NCBI GenBank assembly: GCA_039588295.1
Contig: JBDHAB010000001.1
Span: 320,001 to 384,000, forward strand
Source: Gemmatimonadota bacterium
GTDB lineage: Bacteria; Gemmatimonadota; Gemmatimonadetes; Gemmatimonadales; GWC2-71-9
Direction: 5' to 3'
DNA: 64,000 bases
The notes under the pieces are model-generated. The model was not told the origin of the DNA. It saw nothing but the letters and a program-made list of their open reading frames with translations, and made no database searches. Shown one piece after another: positions 28,945 to 38,980 of this stretch; position 1 is the first letter of the stretch; each line of letters opens with the position of its first letter. The translations under genes were made by a program, and so were the position numbers.

Positions 28945-30402
28945 CTATCGCGTCTCCAGGAGTTCGCTCGGCCGGTGCATCACGCCGCGGAGTACGACCT
29001 GATCGATCTCGCGGACGTGCTCGATGTTCTCGATCGGGTTGGCGTTGAGAATCACGAAATCCGCGGCACTCCCCTCGCGCAAGACTCCAACCGAATCGAC
29101 CCCGATCAGTCGAGCGGCGTTGCGGGTCGCAGTGAGGATCGCGTCTTGCGGCGTGAGGCCCGCACGGACCAGCAGCGCCATCTCGTCGTGGAGGCTCGCG
29201 CCGGGTGGGAGCAGCTGGTTGGGGGCGTCGGTGCCCGCAGCGACGAGGCCGCCGAGTCGGTGGTACATACGGACAAAACGGTCCTGGTAGGGTCTGGCGC
29301 GCCGCAAGTCCCGGAAGTCTGTCACGGTCAGGCCGGCGCGCCGCACGAGATCGGGCACGTTCCACGCATCGAGTACGCTGTCCGGAACCCCGGCGAGGTC
29401 GAGCCGGTCGACGTATGAGGCGTCCGTGAGGCGGCTATACGCTTCATGGAGAGCAAGCGTGGGCACGATTGTCACACCGTGCTCGATCAGCGTACGGGCG
29501 GTGTGGTCGAGGTTGGCGGAATCCAACCGCGTCCACGTTCGCTCGGTGAGATTCCAGCCGGGAAAGAAGCGATCGTGGGCGTAGAGATACCGGCCCGGGT
29601 TGGCGGCGGTCGCCTCGACAATGCCGGTGAGGTGCTCGATTGCGTGGATCCCCATCCGCGCGGCTGTTACCGCGCTCACTCTGCCGAGGTGGCCGGTTAC
29701 CGGCACATTGAGCGTCGTCGCCTCCTCCAGCAACGCCTGGAGCAGTCGTGCATCGATCTTCGTGTACACTTTCGCGTGGGTCACGTCGAGCAGCGTGAGA
29801 CGATCGATGGCCTCTCTCGCCTCGGCAGGAGTGGTCACCTCTATGGCATTCGGATACGTGGCAGGACTGCCGTCGATCATGGCGCCTGCGACGTACATCC
29901 TCGGTCCGAGAATCGAGCCCAGGGTGGCTGCGTCGCGCAGGGTGATGATGCTGTCAAGGGTACCGCCCACGTCCCGGATGCTCGTCACCCCGTAGGCAAG
30001 GAATCGAGTCAGTGTCCAGCGTTCGGCATGTGTGTGGGAATCAATCAAGCCGGGGATGATCCACTTGCCGTCGAGCCGTACCTCGGTGGCGCCCCAAGGA
30101 ATCGACACGTCGCGCATCGGCCCGATCGCCTCGATCCGTCCGCGGCGCACAACGATCGCGGCGTCCGCTAAGAGCGGCTCGCCGGTTCCGTCGAATACCG
30201 TGGCGCCAACGAAGGCGGTTGCCTTGCCACCGGGGCTGCAGGAGACGACCCAGGAGACTACCAGTGGAAGGAGGGCGAACGCGCAAACAGTACGGGTGAG
30301 GAGCGAGGGAAGACCGGGACCGCGCTCGCCAGAACAACCCCACTTCGCTGGTCCCGCTGCCCCATGCCTCTTGCTAGTCGGGGTCCCTCGATGTGTGGTC
30401 AT
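28945..30402 (-). CDS. Amidohydrolase family protein, possibly a lipoprotein; start uncertain
   Basis: IPGLIDSHTH, GVTSIRD, IEH, AGTDA, ATRNAA, ADFVIL. Nearest in-frame ATG is 30402. Confidence 0.85.
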   Translation of the reverse strand: MTTHRGTPTSKRHGAAGPAKWGCSGERGPGLPSLLTRTVCAFALLPLVVSWVVSCSPGGKATAFVGATVFDGTGEPLLADAAIVVRRGRIEAIGPMRDVSIPWGATEVRLDGKWIIPGLIDSHTHAERWTLTRFLAYGVTSIRDVGGTLDSIITLRDAATLGSILGPRMYVAGAMIDGSPATYPNAIEVTTPAEAREAIDRLTLLDVTHAKVYTKIDARLLQALLEEATTLNVPVTGHLGRVSAVTAARMGIHAIEHLTGIVEATAANPGRYLYAHDRFFPGWNLTERTWTRLDSANLDHTARTLIEHGVTIVPTLALHEAYSRLTDASYVDRLDLAGVPDSVLDAWNVPDLVRRAGLTVTDFRDLRRARPYQDRFVRMYHRLGGLVAAGTDAPNQLLPPGASLHDEMALLVRAGLTPQDAILTATRNAARLIGVDSVGVLREGSAADFVILNANPIENIEHVREIDQVVLRGVMHRPSELLETR

Positions 30403-30856
30403 GCATGATCTTCCAGTCACCCTCCACCTCCCGCAGTACCAGCGTGAATGGCCCACTAGCGGTGACGGAATCCCCTCGGAACAGCACGAAGCGGGCGGTT
30501 GCGAGAACGTGCTCGGGCCCCAGCCAACGTGCGGCAACCGATTGAAACTGGAGCGAATCGCGCGCGGCACCCCGCTCGAAAGCTGGGGCGTAGTTGCCGC
30601 GGATCCACGTGAAGCCCGAGCGGACCCGCCCCCCAGAAACAAATGTCGTTGTCGAATCCCGGGCGTAGTCGGACACGAACCTCTCGAGATCACCGGCGTT
30701 CCATGCGGCTGCCGACTCGGTGAGTAGGGCCGTTACGACAGCTGTCGGATCGGTCTCCTCGGGGTCCGACTCCCTCTGTGGTACAGGGGTGCACCCGATG
30801 ATGAAGGCCAGGACTGCACAAGCGAATGCGCGCGCTCCTGACGGGAGCGCGCGCAC
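30374..30856 (-). CDS. NTF2-like (YybH/DUF4440) lipoprotein
   Basis: IIGC lipobox, AWNAGDLERFV, FTLVL, WKIMHDHTS. Start uncertain. Confidence 0.8.
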   Translation of the reverse strand: MRALPSGARAFACAVLAFIIGCTPVPQRESDPEETDPTAVVTALLTESAAAWNAGDLERFVSDYARDSTTTFVSGGRVRSGFTWIRGNYAPAFERGAARDSLQFQSVAARWLGPEHVLATARFVLFRGDSVTASGPFTLVLREVEGDWKIMHDHTSRDPD

Positions 30857-30907
30857 TCCCCACGTCCGATGTGCTCGATGGACCGGCAAGGTCGCCCGTG
30901 TGGTTCC

Positions 30908-31336
30908 CTACCGCCGCTTCTTGGCTCGGCGTGCGGTCTTCTTCTTGCGACGCGTGGTCTTCTTCTTCGCGGGGCGTCGCGCCTTCTTCCTCACCGTCTT
31001 CTTCTTGGCTTTCTTCTTGACGGTCTTCTTCTTGGCCTTCTTCCTCGTCGTCTTCTTCTTAGCCTTCTTCCTGGTGGCCTTCTTCGTGGCTTTCTTCTTG
31101 ACGGTCTTCTTCTTCGCGGGCTTCTTGCGCGCCTTCACTTGCTTCGGCTGCACCGCTGGCGTTGGCTGGGCCGCCGCCGCCGGTTCTTCTTCCGGGGGCG
31201 TGTCGGACTCCGGCCTCGACCAGATGAACTGTTCTTCCGGTTTTGATGGCGGCTTGACCGGAGGGGTGAGAGGCATCGGATCCCACATGCCGGGACCGCC
31301 CAGTCCGGAGTCGTTGTGGTCGAAGGACGTGGTCAT
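30908..31336 (-). CDS. Histone H1-like lysine-rich protein
   Basis: GGAGGG SD; acidic/Pro-rich N-half and a C-half of repeated KKAKKKT(V/T)(K/R). Confidence 0.75.
   Translation of the reverse strand: MTTSFDHNDSGLGGPGMWDPMPLTPPVKPPSKPEEQFIWSRPESDTPPEEEPAAAAQPTPAVQPKQVKARKKPAKKKTVKKKATKKATRKKAKKKTTRKKAKKKTVKKKAKKKTVRKKARRPAKKKTTRRKKKTARRAKKRR
30917..31135 (-). repeat. Low-complexity tandem repeats (about 27-nt units) encoding KKAKKKTVK
   Basis: Repeated CTTCTTCTT(G/A)GC and ACGGTCTTCTTCTT on the plus strand. Confidence 0.8.
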
Positions 31337-31457
31337 TGGAGCCCTCCATCTGAGTGGTTCGTCGTGCCCCTTATAGTTTTTCTATGCGAACCGAGGATGG
31401 CAAGTCATGCGGGGGTCGACCGGGGTTCGCGATGCCGCATTTTGTGACCCATCCGGC

Positions 31458-31487
31458 TTGACACCGTTCCACCGTAACTCCTAGGTT
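31458..31487 (+). promoter_or_regulatory. Candidate sigma70 promoter
   Basis: TTGACA, 18 nt, TAGGTT upstream of the Ig/TolB gene. Confidence 0.45.
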
Positions 31488-31546
31488 CGCTCCATATCTT
31501 TCGTTAGATTATAGACTTACGCCAATCAGCGGGGTTGGTGGCGCTT

Positions 31547-33763
31547 ATGCATCGACAGATCGCGGCAGTCAGCACCACCGTGGTGTTCCTGCTTGGGATA
31601 GCCGTCCAGTCGGCCGTCGCCCAGCGGGTGAGCGAGCTCGACGTCATTCCTGCGTCCGTGTCGCTTGCGTCTGGCGAGCGGAAGGAAGTCCTGGCGGTGG
31701 CGTACGGGAGCCGCGGGGACGTGCTGACCGAAGTGGCGTTCAACTGGTCCGAGTCCGATCCGGCTGTCGTGCGCGTCGATATCGACCCACGTGCGCCACC
31801 GGGAGTGGCATACTTGGTTGGCATCGGGCCAGGGCGAGCCACCGTGACCATCCGGGTGGGGAACCAGCGTAAGGCTGTGTCGGTGCAGGTCACCGGGGCC
31901 CCGGTAGCGGGGGCGGGTGGGACCGGCGTTGCGACCATTCTGCGGATCGAGCCGTCGGAGGTGTACCTGTTCCCGCTCGAAGATCTGCAGCTCCGACCGG
32001 TTCTGCTAAAGGACGACGGTTCACCCGCGGCCTTCTCCCCGGTTACCTGGCGATCGTTCCGTGCGGACGTGGCGGAGGTGGATCGGAACGGGAAGCTCGT
32101 CGGTCTCTCGGCGGGAATGGGTGTGATCGAGGCCACGAGTGCGGGTGGTCTGCAAGCACGCATTCAAATCCAGGTAGCCATCCAGGAGTGGGCGTTTGCA
32201 CTCCCTGTGGTTTCGCTGTCCCCACTCGAATCCGACACCGTGCGAATCCTCGTTCCCAGCCAATTGGGCCGCCGGGTTGAGGCTCGGTGGTTCAGCTGGC
32301 GATCCACGAACCCGGACGTGGCCACGGTCTCGCCAATCGGGGTCGTGACAGCGATTTCCGCTGGGCGCGCTGAAATCATCGCGAACGGGTTCGGCCAGGA
32401 GAGTCGGCTGCCGGCCACGGTGCATCGCGAAGTCACCGAGCTCGGTGTGGTTCCCCGGGCCGACACCGTGGTAGTCCCGCTCGGTGGGGAGTTCACGTTT
32501 CGGGCGACGGCCTATGCCGCTGACGGCTCGGAGGTAACCGAGGCCCCCATCATCTGGAGCGTGGGTGATAGCACGCTGCTCGGCTTCGACCCCGAATCGG
32601 CAAAGGCGACGGGCGAGGCCATCGGCACGACGACCGTGACGGTGCAGGCACACGGTGGCCTGAAGAAGACGTGGAGGGTCGACGTCGTTGCGGCCGGACT
32701 CGCGCTGGACCGTCGCCGTCTTGGCATCAGCGTGGGCGAGTCGGCCACGTTGCACGCTTCGTTCGCGGACGCCTCGGGAACGCCGCTCGCTCCTGCGCGG
32801 GAGGTGGCGTGGTCATCCTCCAACGCCAGTGTGGTGCAGGTGGCTTCGGATGGGACCCTCACCCCGGTGCGCCGGGGGCGAGCCCAAGTCGTGGCCGGCA
32901 CGCCATGGGGTGTCGCCGACACCGCCCTCGTGTTCGTGCAGGGTGAACTGCTCGTCACGTCGACCCGCTCGGGCTCGGCCGATCTGTTTGCCTTGGACCG
33001 CGACGACCCCGGCAGTTTCAGCCAGATCACCGATGCGCCGTCGGACGAGTTATCAGCGGCCTATTCCGCCGACGGCTCTCGTATCGTCTTTGCCACAAAC
33101 CGCGACGGTAACTTCGAACTCTATGTGGTCGACGCGGATGGGGGGAATCCGCAGCGTCTGACCTCGACGGCCGTCAACGAATCCGAGCCCGTGTGGGCTC
33201 CGGATGGTTCCCAGATCGTGTACCAATCGGACTCGGGCGGAACTGTGCAGATCTGGCGGATGAATGCCGACGGGTCGGGCCAGCGACAGCTCACCGACGG
33301 TGCGGCCAACCTCGAGCCCGCGGTTTCTCCCAATGGCGCTACGATCGCGTTTACGTCGATTCGTGACGGCAACTACGAGGTCTACCTCATGGATCCCGAC
33401 GGTGCGAATCAACGAAACGCGACCAATTCGGACGCCCCGTTGCACGAACGAGCGCCGGCGTGGCGTGGCGACAGTACTCTGGTATACGTTCGCGAGGAAC
33501 GGGTTGGGCGCACGGCCACGTGGACGGTGGCGCAACAGCCGTTGTTGGGGCCGGTGGAGCCGCTGACGGGGCCGGACTTGGTCATCACGGACTTCGCTAT
33601 CTCCTCGACCGGCGATGTGTTGGCCGTGTCGGTCGAGACACCCGGGTCGCGCGGTGGAACGTCCCGTGGACTCGTGCTGATACCCCTCACCGGTGGGGGC
33701 CCAGTCGAAGTCCCTCGGGAAAGCGAGCGTGACCAGCTCGTGCGTCCGGCGTTTCGCCCGTAG
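31547..33763 (+). CDS. Exported protein with tandem bacterial Ig-like (Big_2) domains and C-terminal TolB-like PD40 propeller
   Basis: Signal peptide; repeated W-S-S-x-P-x-V-A-x-V-x-x-x-G; SADGSRIVF, WAPDGSQIV, SPNGATIAF, RDGNYEVY. Confidence 0.85.
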   Translation: MHRQIAAVSTTVVFLLGIAVQSAVAQRVSELDVIPASVSLASGERKEVLAVAYGSRGDVLTEVAFNWSESDPAVVRVDIDPRAPPGVAYLVGIGPGRATVTIRVGNQRKAVSVQVTGAPVAGAGGTGVATILRIEPSEVYLFPLEDLQLRPVLLKDDGSPAAFSPVTWRSFRADVAEVDRNGKLVGLSAGMGVIEATSAGGLQARIQIQVAIQEWAFALPVVSLSPLESDTVRILVPSQLGRRVEARWFSWRSTNPDVATVSPIGVVTAISAGRAEIIANGFGQESRLPATVHREVTELGVVPRADTVVVPLGGEFTFRATAYAADGSEVTEAPIIWSVGDSTLLGFDPESAKATGEAIGTTTVTVQAHGGLKKTWRVDVVAAGLALDRRRLGISVGESATLHASFADASGTPLAPAREVAWSSSNASVVQVASDGTLTPVRRGRAQVVAGTPWGVADTALVFVQGELLVTSTRSGSADLFALDRDDPGSFSQITDAPSDELSAAYSADGSRIVFATNRDGNFELYVVDADGGNPQRLTSTAVNESEPVWAPDGSQIVYQSDSGGTVQIWRMNADGSGQRQLTDGAANLEPAVSPNGATIAFTSIRDGNYEVYLMDPDGANQRNATNSDAPLHERAPAWRGDSTLVYVREERVGRTATWTVAQQPLLGPVEPLTGPDLVITDFAISSTGDVLAVSVETPGSRGGTSRGLVLIPLTGGGPVEVPRESERDQLVRPAFRP

Positions 33764-33817
33764 CGTAACGGTTCGCATTCGTCGCAAGACATCGAACGTC
33801 AACAACGCTCGCTCGTC

Positions 33818-34870
33818 ATGAAAGCACTCGTCATGCGGCGGCACGGGGATCTCTCGGAGCTTGAGGTGACGGACGTCCCCCAGCCGGCGCTCACCCAACC
33901 CGATGGGATCTTGGTGCGTCTCAAAGCGGCGGCCCTGAACCACCTCGATCTCTGGACTCTGCGGGGACTGCCCGGTCTCTCTCCCTCCTATCCCCATATC
34001 TTGGGCGGTGACGGCGCGGGGATCGTGGAAGAAGTCGGCGGCACCGTAACGGCCGTCGAGCCGGGTGACCACGTCCTGATCAACCCGGGCGTGTCATGCT
34101 ATCGCTGCGCATACTGTCTTGCTGGCGAGCACTCGCTCTGTGAAGGGTACCGGCTGCTTGGAGAGCACCTTCCGGGAACGTTGGCCGAGTACGTGGTGGT
34201 GCCGGAGCCGAACGTGCTGCCGGTTCCCACGCCGCCGCCTCCGCACGCCGAGCTGACCTGGCCCGAGGCGGCCGCGTTCTCGCTGGCGACGATCACCGCG
34301 TGGCGGATGTTGGTCACCCGTGCCCGACTGCGGCCCGGAGAGCGCGTGTTGATCTGGGGCGTGGGTGGCGGGGTCTCGAGCACGGCGCTGCGCATTGCCA
34401 AGCTACATGGCGCCTTCGTGATCGTTACGTCCTCGAGTGACGAAAAGCTCGCAGCGGCCCAACGACTCGGGGCCGACGTCACGCTGAATCACGTGACCCA
34501 GGATGTGGTGCGGGAGGTGCGTGTGCTGACGGGAAAGCTCGGCGTGGATGTCGTGGTCGAGAACGTCGGTGAAGCGACATGGGATCAGTCCCTGAAGCTC
34601 CTCCGCAGGGGTGGAAGGCTCGTCACGTGTGGCGCGACGACGGGCCCCAGCGTGAACGTCGACGTGCGACGTCTCTTCTGGTATCAGTGGACGATCATGG
34701 GATCGACCATGGGTAGTGCAGCGGAGTACCGGGAGATCGTGCGGCTCCTGGGACAGGGCCACTTGCGCCCGATTGTCGATTCGACATTCCCCTTGGACCG
34801 TGGAATTGAGGCGCTTCGGCGGCTACAACAAGGGGAGCAGTTGGGGAAGATCACGGTGGAGATTGGGTGA
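33818..34870 (+). CDS. Zinc-binding MDR alcohol dehydrogenase/quinone oxidoreductase
   Basis: ALNHLD, CYRCAYC-x7-C structural Zn, WGVGGGV, CGATTG, GSTMG. Confidence 0.9.
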   Translation: MKALVMRRHGDLSELEVTDVPQPALTQPDGILVRLKAAALNHLDLWTLRGLPGLSPSYPHILGGDGAGIVEEVGGTVTAVEPGDHVLINPGVSCYRCAYCLAGEHSLCEGYRLLGEHLPGTLAEYVVVPEPNVLPVPTPPPPHAELTWPEAAAFSLATITAWRMLVTRARLRPGERVLIWGVGGGVSSTALRIAKLHGAFVIVTSSSDEKLAAAQRLGADVTLNHVTQDVVREVRVLTGKLGVDVVVENVGEATWDQSLKLLRRGGRLVTCGATTGPSVNVDVRRLFWYQWTIMGSTMGSAAEYREIVRLLGQGHLRPIVDSTFPLDRGIEALRRLQQGEQLGKITVEIG

Positions 34871-34907
34871 GAGCCGGGCGGCACGGAGAGGGCGGTCGCG
34901 GGTGGGA

Positions 34908-35231
34908 TCAGGGTTGCAGGTCATCCCCGCGCTTCAAGAGGACTGTGTCCGCGCCTCGTCCGAATACGAGCTGCCCAATCGGTGCCGTGACCACGCCCAC
35001 GTAGTGCCCCAAGTCATCGAACAGAGCAACTCCTAGCCGAGTCTTCACCGCGCGCGCGCCCGATGGCCGAGTCGAGCGCGACGCGCGTGGCGGCGCCACG
35101 GCGCGCGCGCCCGTGGTGGCCCACGGCGACGCTGCTGCTGGATGTGCCATCGCAAGTACTCCTCCCACCCACTCTACGCTTTCGCCGGTTCCGAGATTCA
35201 CGTGGCTGCCTCCCGCCACCATCGTACTCAT
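34908..35231 (-). CDS. Possible small hypothetical ORF or gene remnant
   Basis: Fills the gap between the MDR gene and gyrA. C-terminal FDDLGHYVGVVTAP resembles a propeller blade; the middle is low complexity. Confidence 0.25.
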   Translation of the reverse strand: MSTMVAGGSHVNLGTGESVEWVGGVLAMAHPAAASPWATTGARAVAPPRASRSTRPSGARAVKTRLGVALFDDLGHYVGVVTAPIGQLVFGRGADTVLLKRGDDLQP

Positions 35232-35396
35232 CCGGTTAGATGCGTTTGCGAGAGGGATGGTTGCACGCGGCCGGGGCGTGGGGCTCGTCCGCGGTGAGAA
35301 TCCGGCCGCTCACGGCCGCGTTCAGCGCCGCGTTTGCCGTGAGCACGACCCGTGCTAATTCGTTGACTGTAAGGAAGTTACGAGTTCTCACAAGGA

Positions 35397-35425
35397 TTGA
35401 TTTCGGGTCTGCGACACGCTATTAT
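35397..35425 (+). promoter_or_regulatory. sigma70 promoter of gyrA operon
   Basis: TTGATT (35397-35402), 17 nt, TATTAT (35420-35425). Confidence 0.65.
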
Positions 35426-35439
35426 TATCGGACCGCATC

Positions 35440-35469
35440 AGGGGTCGGTCACGGCCCCTTTTTTGTTTT
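35440..35469 (+). terminator. Intrinsic terminator-like hairpin in gyrA leader
   Basis: AGGGGTCG-GTCA-CGGCCCCT followed by TTTTTGTTTT. Confidence 0.55.
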
Positions 35470-35486
35470 CTCGGACCAGGATCGTC

Positions 35487-38003
35487 ATGACCGCACCCAA
35501 CCAGCGCGAGCGCATCGTCTCCCGCCTCATCGAAGATGAGATGAAGGAATCGTTCATCGATTATTCGATGAGCGTCATCGTGCAGCGTGCTCTCCCCGAT
35601 GTCCGAGACGGGCTCAAACCGGTACACCGCCGCATCCTCTACGCGATGAACGAGCTTGGGCTCCAACCTGGCCGGCCCCACAAGAAGAGCGCCACGGTCG
35701 TCGGTGACGTGCTCGGCAAGTATCACCCGCATGGGGACATGGCGGTGTACGATTCGCTGGTGCGGATGGTGCAGAACTTCTCGCTGCGCTATCCCCTGGT
35801 CGACGGGCAAGGGAACTTCGGTTCGGTCGATGGTGACAGTGCAGCCGCGTATCGGTACACGGAGGCCCGACTCACGCCGCTCGCGGTGGCCATGCTCGAG
35901 GACATCGACAAGAACACGGTCCCGTTCGTGCCGAATTTCGATGATCGGCTCGAAGAGCCGACCGTCCTTCCTGCGAAGCTCCCCAGTCTCTTGGTCAACG
36001 GGTCGTCGGGTATTGCGGTCGGAATGGCAACAAACATTCCACCGCACAACCTGAGTGAGGTTGCCACTGCGCTCAAGCATCTCGTTGACCATCCTGATTG
36101 CGAGATTGCCGACCTGAGGCGGCACGTGCTCGGTCCTGATTTTCCCACGGGTGGGTACATCTACGGTCGCGACGGCATCAGGGAGTGCTACGAGACCGGG
36201 CGTGGTCGTATCGTGATGCGCGCGCGCGCCCAGGTGGAAGAGCGGGAATCCTCCGGCAAGGTGCAGATCGTAGTCACCGAGATCCCGTTCATGGTCAACA
36301 AGTCGCGCCTGATCGAGCAGATCGCCGATCTCGTGCGGCAGAAGAAGGTGACGGACATCGCCGATCTCCGCGATGAGTCCGATCGTGACGGGATGCGGAT
36401 CGTGATCGTGCTCAAGCGGGACGCGAATCCGACGGTTGTTCTGAATCAGTTCTACAAGCACACACAGATGCAGACGACCTTCGGCGCGATCATGCTGGCC
36501 CTGGTCGACGGGCAGCCTCGGATCATGAATCTCAAGGAGCTGCTCCAGAACTTCGTCGACCATCGGCATGAAGTCATCACGGCTCGCACGGAGTTCGACC
36601 TGCAGCAGGCGCAGGCGCGGGAGCACATCCTGGAAGGCCTCAAGATCGCGGTCGACAACATCGATGAGGTTGTCCAGATCATTCGCAAGTCCAAGGACGT
36701 TCCCACGGCGGACGCCGCGCTGCGGCAGCAGTTTGGGCTCAGTGAGAAACAGAGCGAGGCGATACTCAATATGCGCCTCGCTCGCCTCACGGGGCTCGAG
36801 ATCGACAAGCTCGAGGCGGAGCTCAAAGAGGTTCTGGCGCTCATCAAGCAGCTCAAGAGTATCCTCGCTTCCCGACCGAAGCGCATGGAGATACTCAAGG
36901 ACGAGCTCGATCAACTCGTGAAGAAGTTCGGTGACGATCGACGCACGGAGATCGTGGCCGACGTCGGTGATTTCTCGGTCGAAGATCTGATTGCCGAGGA
37001 GGACATGGTCGTCACGATCTCACATTCCGGGTACATCAAGCGTATTCCCGTAACCACCTACCGCCGTCAACGGCGGGGTGGGCGGGGCCTAAACGGAATG
37101 GGCACCAAGGCGGACGACTGGGTCGAGCACCTGTTCATTGCATCGACCCATGATTATGTCCTGTTCTTCACCCACAACGGTCAGGTGTATTGGCTGAAGG
37201 TGTACGACATTCCACAGGGCGGCAGAGCGGCACGTGGTAGGCCGATCGTGAACCTGATTCAAGTCAAGCCCGATGAACGGATCGCGGCGTTTGTCAGCGT
37301 GCGGGAGTTCAGCGAGGACCAGTATCTGATGTTTGCGACGGCGCAAGGAGTGGTGAAGAAGACATCACTTGCCGCCTATGGAAACCCACGCGCGAGTGGT
37401 ATCAACGCGATCAATATCGAGCCCGACGATGAGTTGATCGAAGTGCAGTTGACTGATGGTACCAGTGACGTTGTGCTCGCCACTCGTGCTGGTATGAGTA
37501 TTCGGTTCTCTGAGAAAGACGCTCGGGAGCTGGGACGTGCAACGAGCGGCGTCCGCGGCATCCAGCTCGAGTCTGGTGACCGCGTCATCGGCATGGTGGT
37601 CATTCGTCGTGAAGCGACGCTGCTGGTCGTCAGCGAGCGCGGGCTCGGCAAGCGCTCGCCGCTTTCGGATTACCGGATTCAGAAGCGGGGCGGGAAGGGC
37701 ATCATCACACTGAGACGCACCGACAAGACCGGCTCGGTCGTGGCGCTCAAGGAAGTGCTGCCCGAAGACGAGTTGATGCTCGTAACACGGCACGGGGTCA
37801 TCATTCGCCTACCGGTCGAGGGCATCCGCGTCATCGGTCGCAACACCCAGGGCGTAAAGGTGATGAATCTCGACGCGGGCGATTTGGTGGTGGACGTCGC
37901 TCGAGTCGTGCGGGAGGACGAGGCGGAGACCGAAGTCGAGAATCTATCGGCCAGTGCACAGATGGTTGCAGAGGGCCGCGATCAGCGTGAAATGACACTG
38001 TAG
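35487..38003 (+). CDS. gyrA: DNA gyrase subunit A
   Basis: [30 protein letters not shown], GyrA-box QRRGGRG and C-terminal pinwheel repeats. Confidence 0.98.
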   Translation: MTAPNQRERIVSRLIEDEMKESFIDYSMSVIVQRALPDVRDGLKPVHRRILYAMNELGLQPGRPHKKSATVVGDVLGKYHPHGDMAVYDSLVRMVQNFSLRYPLVDGQGNFGSVDGDSAAAYRYTEARLTPLAVAMLEDIDKNTVPFVPNFDDRLEEPTVLPAKLPSLLVNGSSGIAVGMATNIPPHNLSEVATALKHLVDHPDCEIADLRRHVLGPDFPTGGYIYGRDGIRECYETGRGRIVMRARAQVEERESSGKVQIVVTEIPFMVNKSRLIEQIADLVRQKKVTDIADLRDESDRDGMRIVIVLKRDANPTVVLNQFYKHTQMQTTFGAIMLALVDGQPRIMNLKELLQNFVDHRHEVITARTEFDLQQAQAREHILEGLKIAVDNIDEVVQIIRKSKDVPTADAALRQQFGLSEKQSEAILNMRLARLTGLEIDKLEAELKEVLALIKQLKSILASRPKRMEILKDELDQLVKKFGDDRRTEIVADVGDFSVEDLIAEEDMVVTISHSGYIKRIPVTTYRRQRRGGRGLNGMGTKADDWVEHLFIASTHDYVLFFTHNGQVYWLKVYDIPQGGRAARGRPIVNLIQVKPDERIAAFVSVREFSEDQYLMFATAQGVVKKTSLAAYGNPRASGINAINIEPDDELIEVQLTDGTSDVVLATRAGMSIRFSEKDARELGRATSGVRGIQLESGDRVIGMVVIRREATLLVVSERGLGKRSPLSDYRIQKRGGKGIITLRRTDKTGSVVALKEVLPEDELMLVTRHGVIIRLPVEGIRVIGRNTQGVKVMNLDAGDLVVDVARVVREDEAETEVENLSASAQMVAEGRDQREMTL

Positions 38004-38968
38004 TGGGCGCTACGAGCCGCCGCGTCACGCTTCAGGATATCCGCGAGGCAGCCGACGGGATTGCGGGAGTTGCGGTACGCACGCCGCTCCGCGAACTCGC
38101 AGCGTTGTCCGACGTCGCGGGGTTTCCCGTCTATCTCAAGCTCGAGAATCTCCAGCCCACCGGGGCATTCAAGCTCCGCGGTGCCTGGACGTTTGCGCGC
38201 CGCCTTCCACCGGAGACGCGCGGGCACGGTTTCATCACGTATTCCAGTGGCAACCACGGGCAGGCGGTCGCGTTCGTGGCGCAGCGCCTGGGAACGCGTG
38301 CGGTCGTGGTGATGCCTGAGACGGTGCCGGCTCTCAAGATCGACGGTGTGCGCAGGTGGGGGGGTGAAGTACGTTTCGCAGGGACCACATCAGAAGATCG
38401 CTTGGAGCGCGCGATGGAGATGGCAACGGCGGAAGGGCTCACGGTGATCCCGCCCTACGACCATCCGGATATCATCGCCGGGCAGGGTACGGTTGGACTG
38501 GAGATCATGGAGGACCTTCCGGAAGTCGCACACGTCGTGGTTCCGGTCGGAGGAGGCGGCCTGATTGCGGGCATTACCACGGCGCTCAAGACGCTGAGGG
38601 CCAAGACGAGAGTCACCGGTGTCGAGCCCGAGGGGGGCGCGGCGCTGCAAGCGGCGCTTCAGGCAGGCGTGCCCGTTCGGCTCGAGCGCACCGCGAGCAT
38701 CGCTGACGGTTTGCTTCCGCTTTCGGTCGGCACGGTTACTTTCTCTCATCTAAAGGATCGTGTCGATGCTGTCACGGTGTCAGACCGGGCAATTGCGAAC
38801 GCGACGGTGTGGCTCCATCAGGAGGGTGGCATCCTCGCCGAACCGTCTGGAGCTGCGACGACGGCCGCGCTGCGGGAAGGAACGATCGATCCCGAGGGGC
38901 CGATCGCCCTCGTGGTGAGTGGGGGCAATGTGGATCCAGACAGTTTGCAGACGCTGGCGAAAGGGTAG
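38003..38968 (+). CDS. PLP-dependent threonine/serine dehydratase (serine racemase-like, no ACT domain)
   Basis: KLENLQPTGAFKLRGA, SSGNHGQ, PVGGGGL, EPSGA, SGGN. Confidence 0.88.
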   Translation: MGATSRRVTLQDIREAADGIAGVAVRTPLRELAALSDVAGFPVYLKLENLQPTGAFKLRGAWTFARRLPPETRGHGFITYSSGNHGQAVAFVAQRLGTRAVVVMPETVPALKIDGVRRWGGEVRFAGTTSEDRLERAMEMATAEGLTVIPPYDHPDIIAGQGTVGLEIMEDLPEVAHVVVPVGGGGLIAGITTALKTLRAKTRVTGVEPEGGAALQAALQAGVPVRLERTASIADGLLPLSVGTVTFSHLKDRVDAVTVSDRAIANATVWLHQEGGILAEPSGAATTAALREGTIDPEGPIALVVSGGNVDPDSLQTLAKG

Positions 38969-38980
38969 TAGTCGAGGCCG

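Noticed and set aside
30917..31135. Periodic repeats as a possible CRISPR array
   Set aside because: No unique spacers; repeats are in-frame codon repeats; no cas genes in the window.
30720..31376. Phe-rich plus-strand ORF resembling a membrane protein
   Set aside because: Antisense shadow of the AAG lysine repeats; the minus-strand ORF has the SD and typical codon use.
35388..36914. Long antisense ORFs (this one opposite gyrA; also 7567-8550, 26808-28025, 40180-41460, 58714-59715)
   Set aside because: Expected stop-poor shadow frames of high-GC genes, each fully overlapping a well-supported gene.
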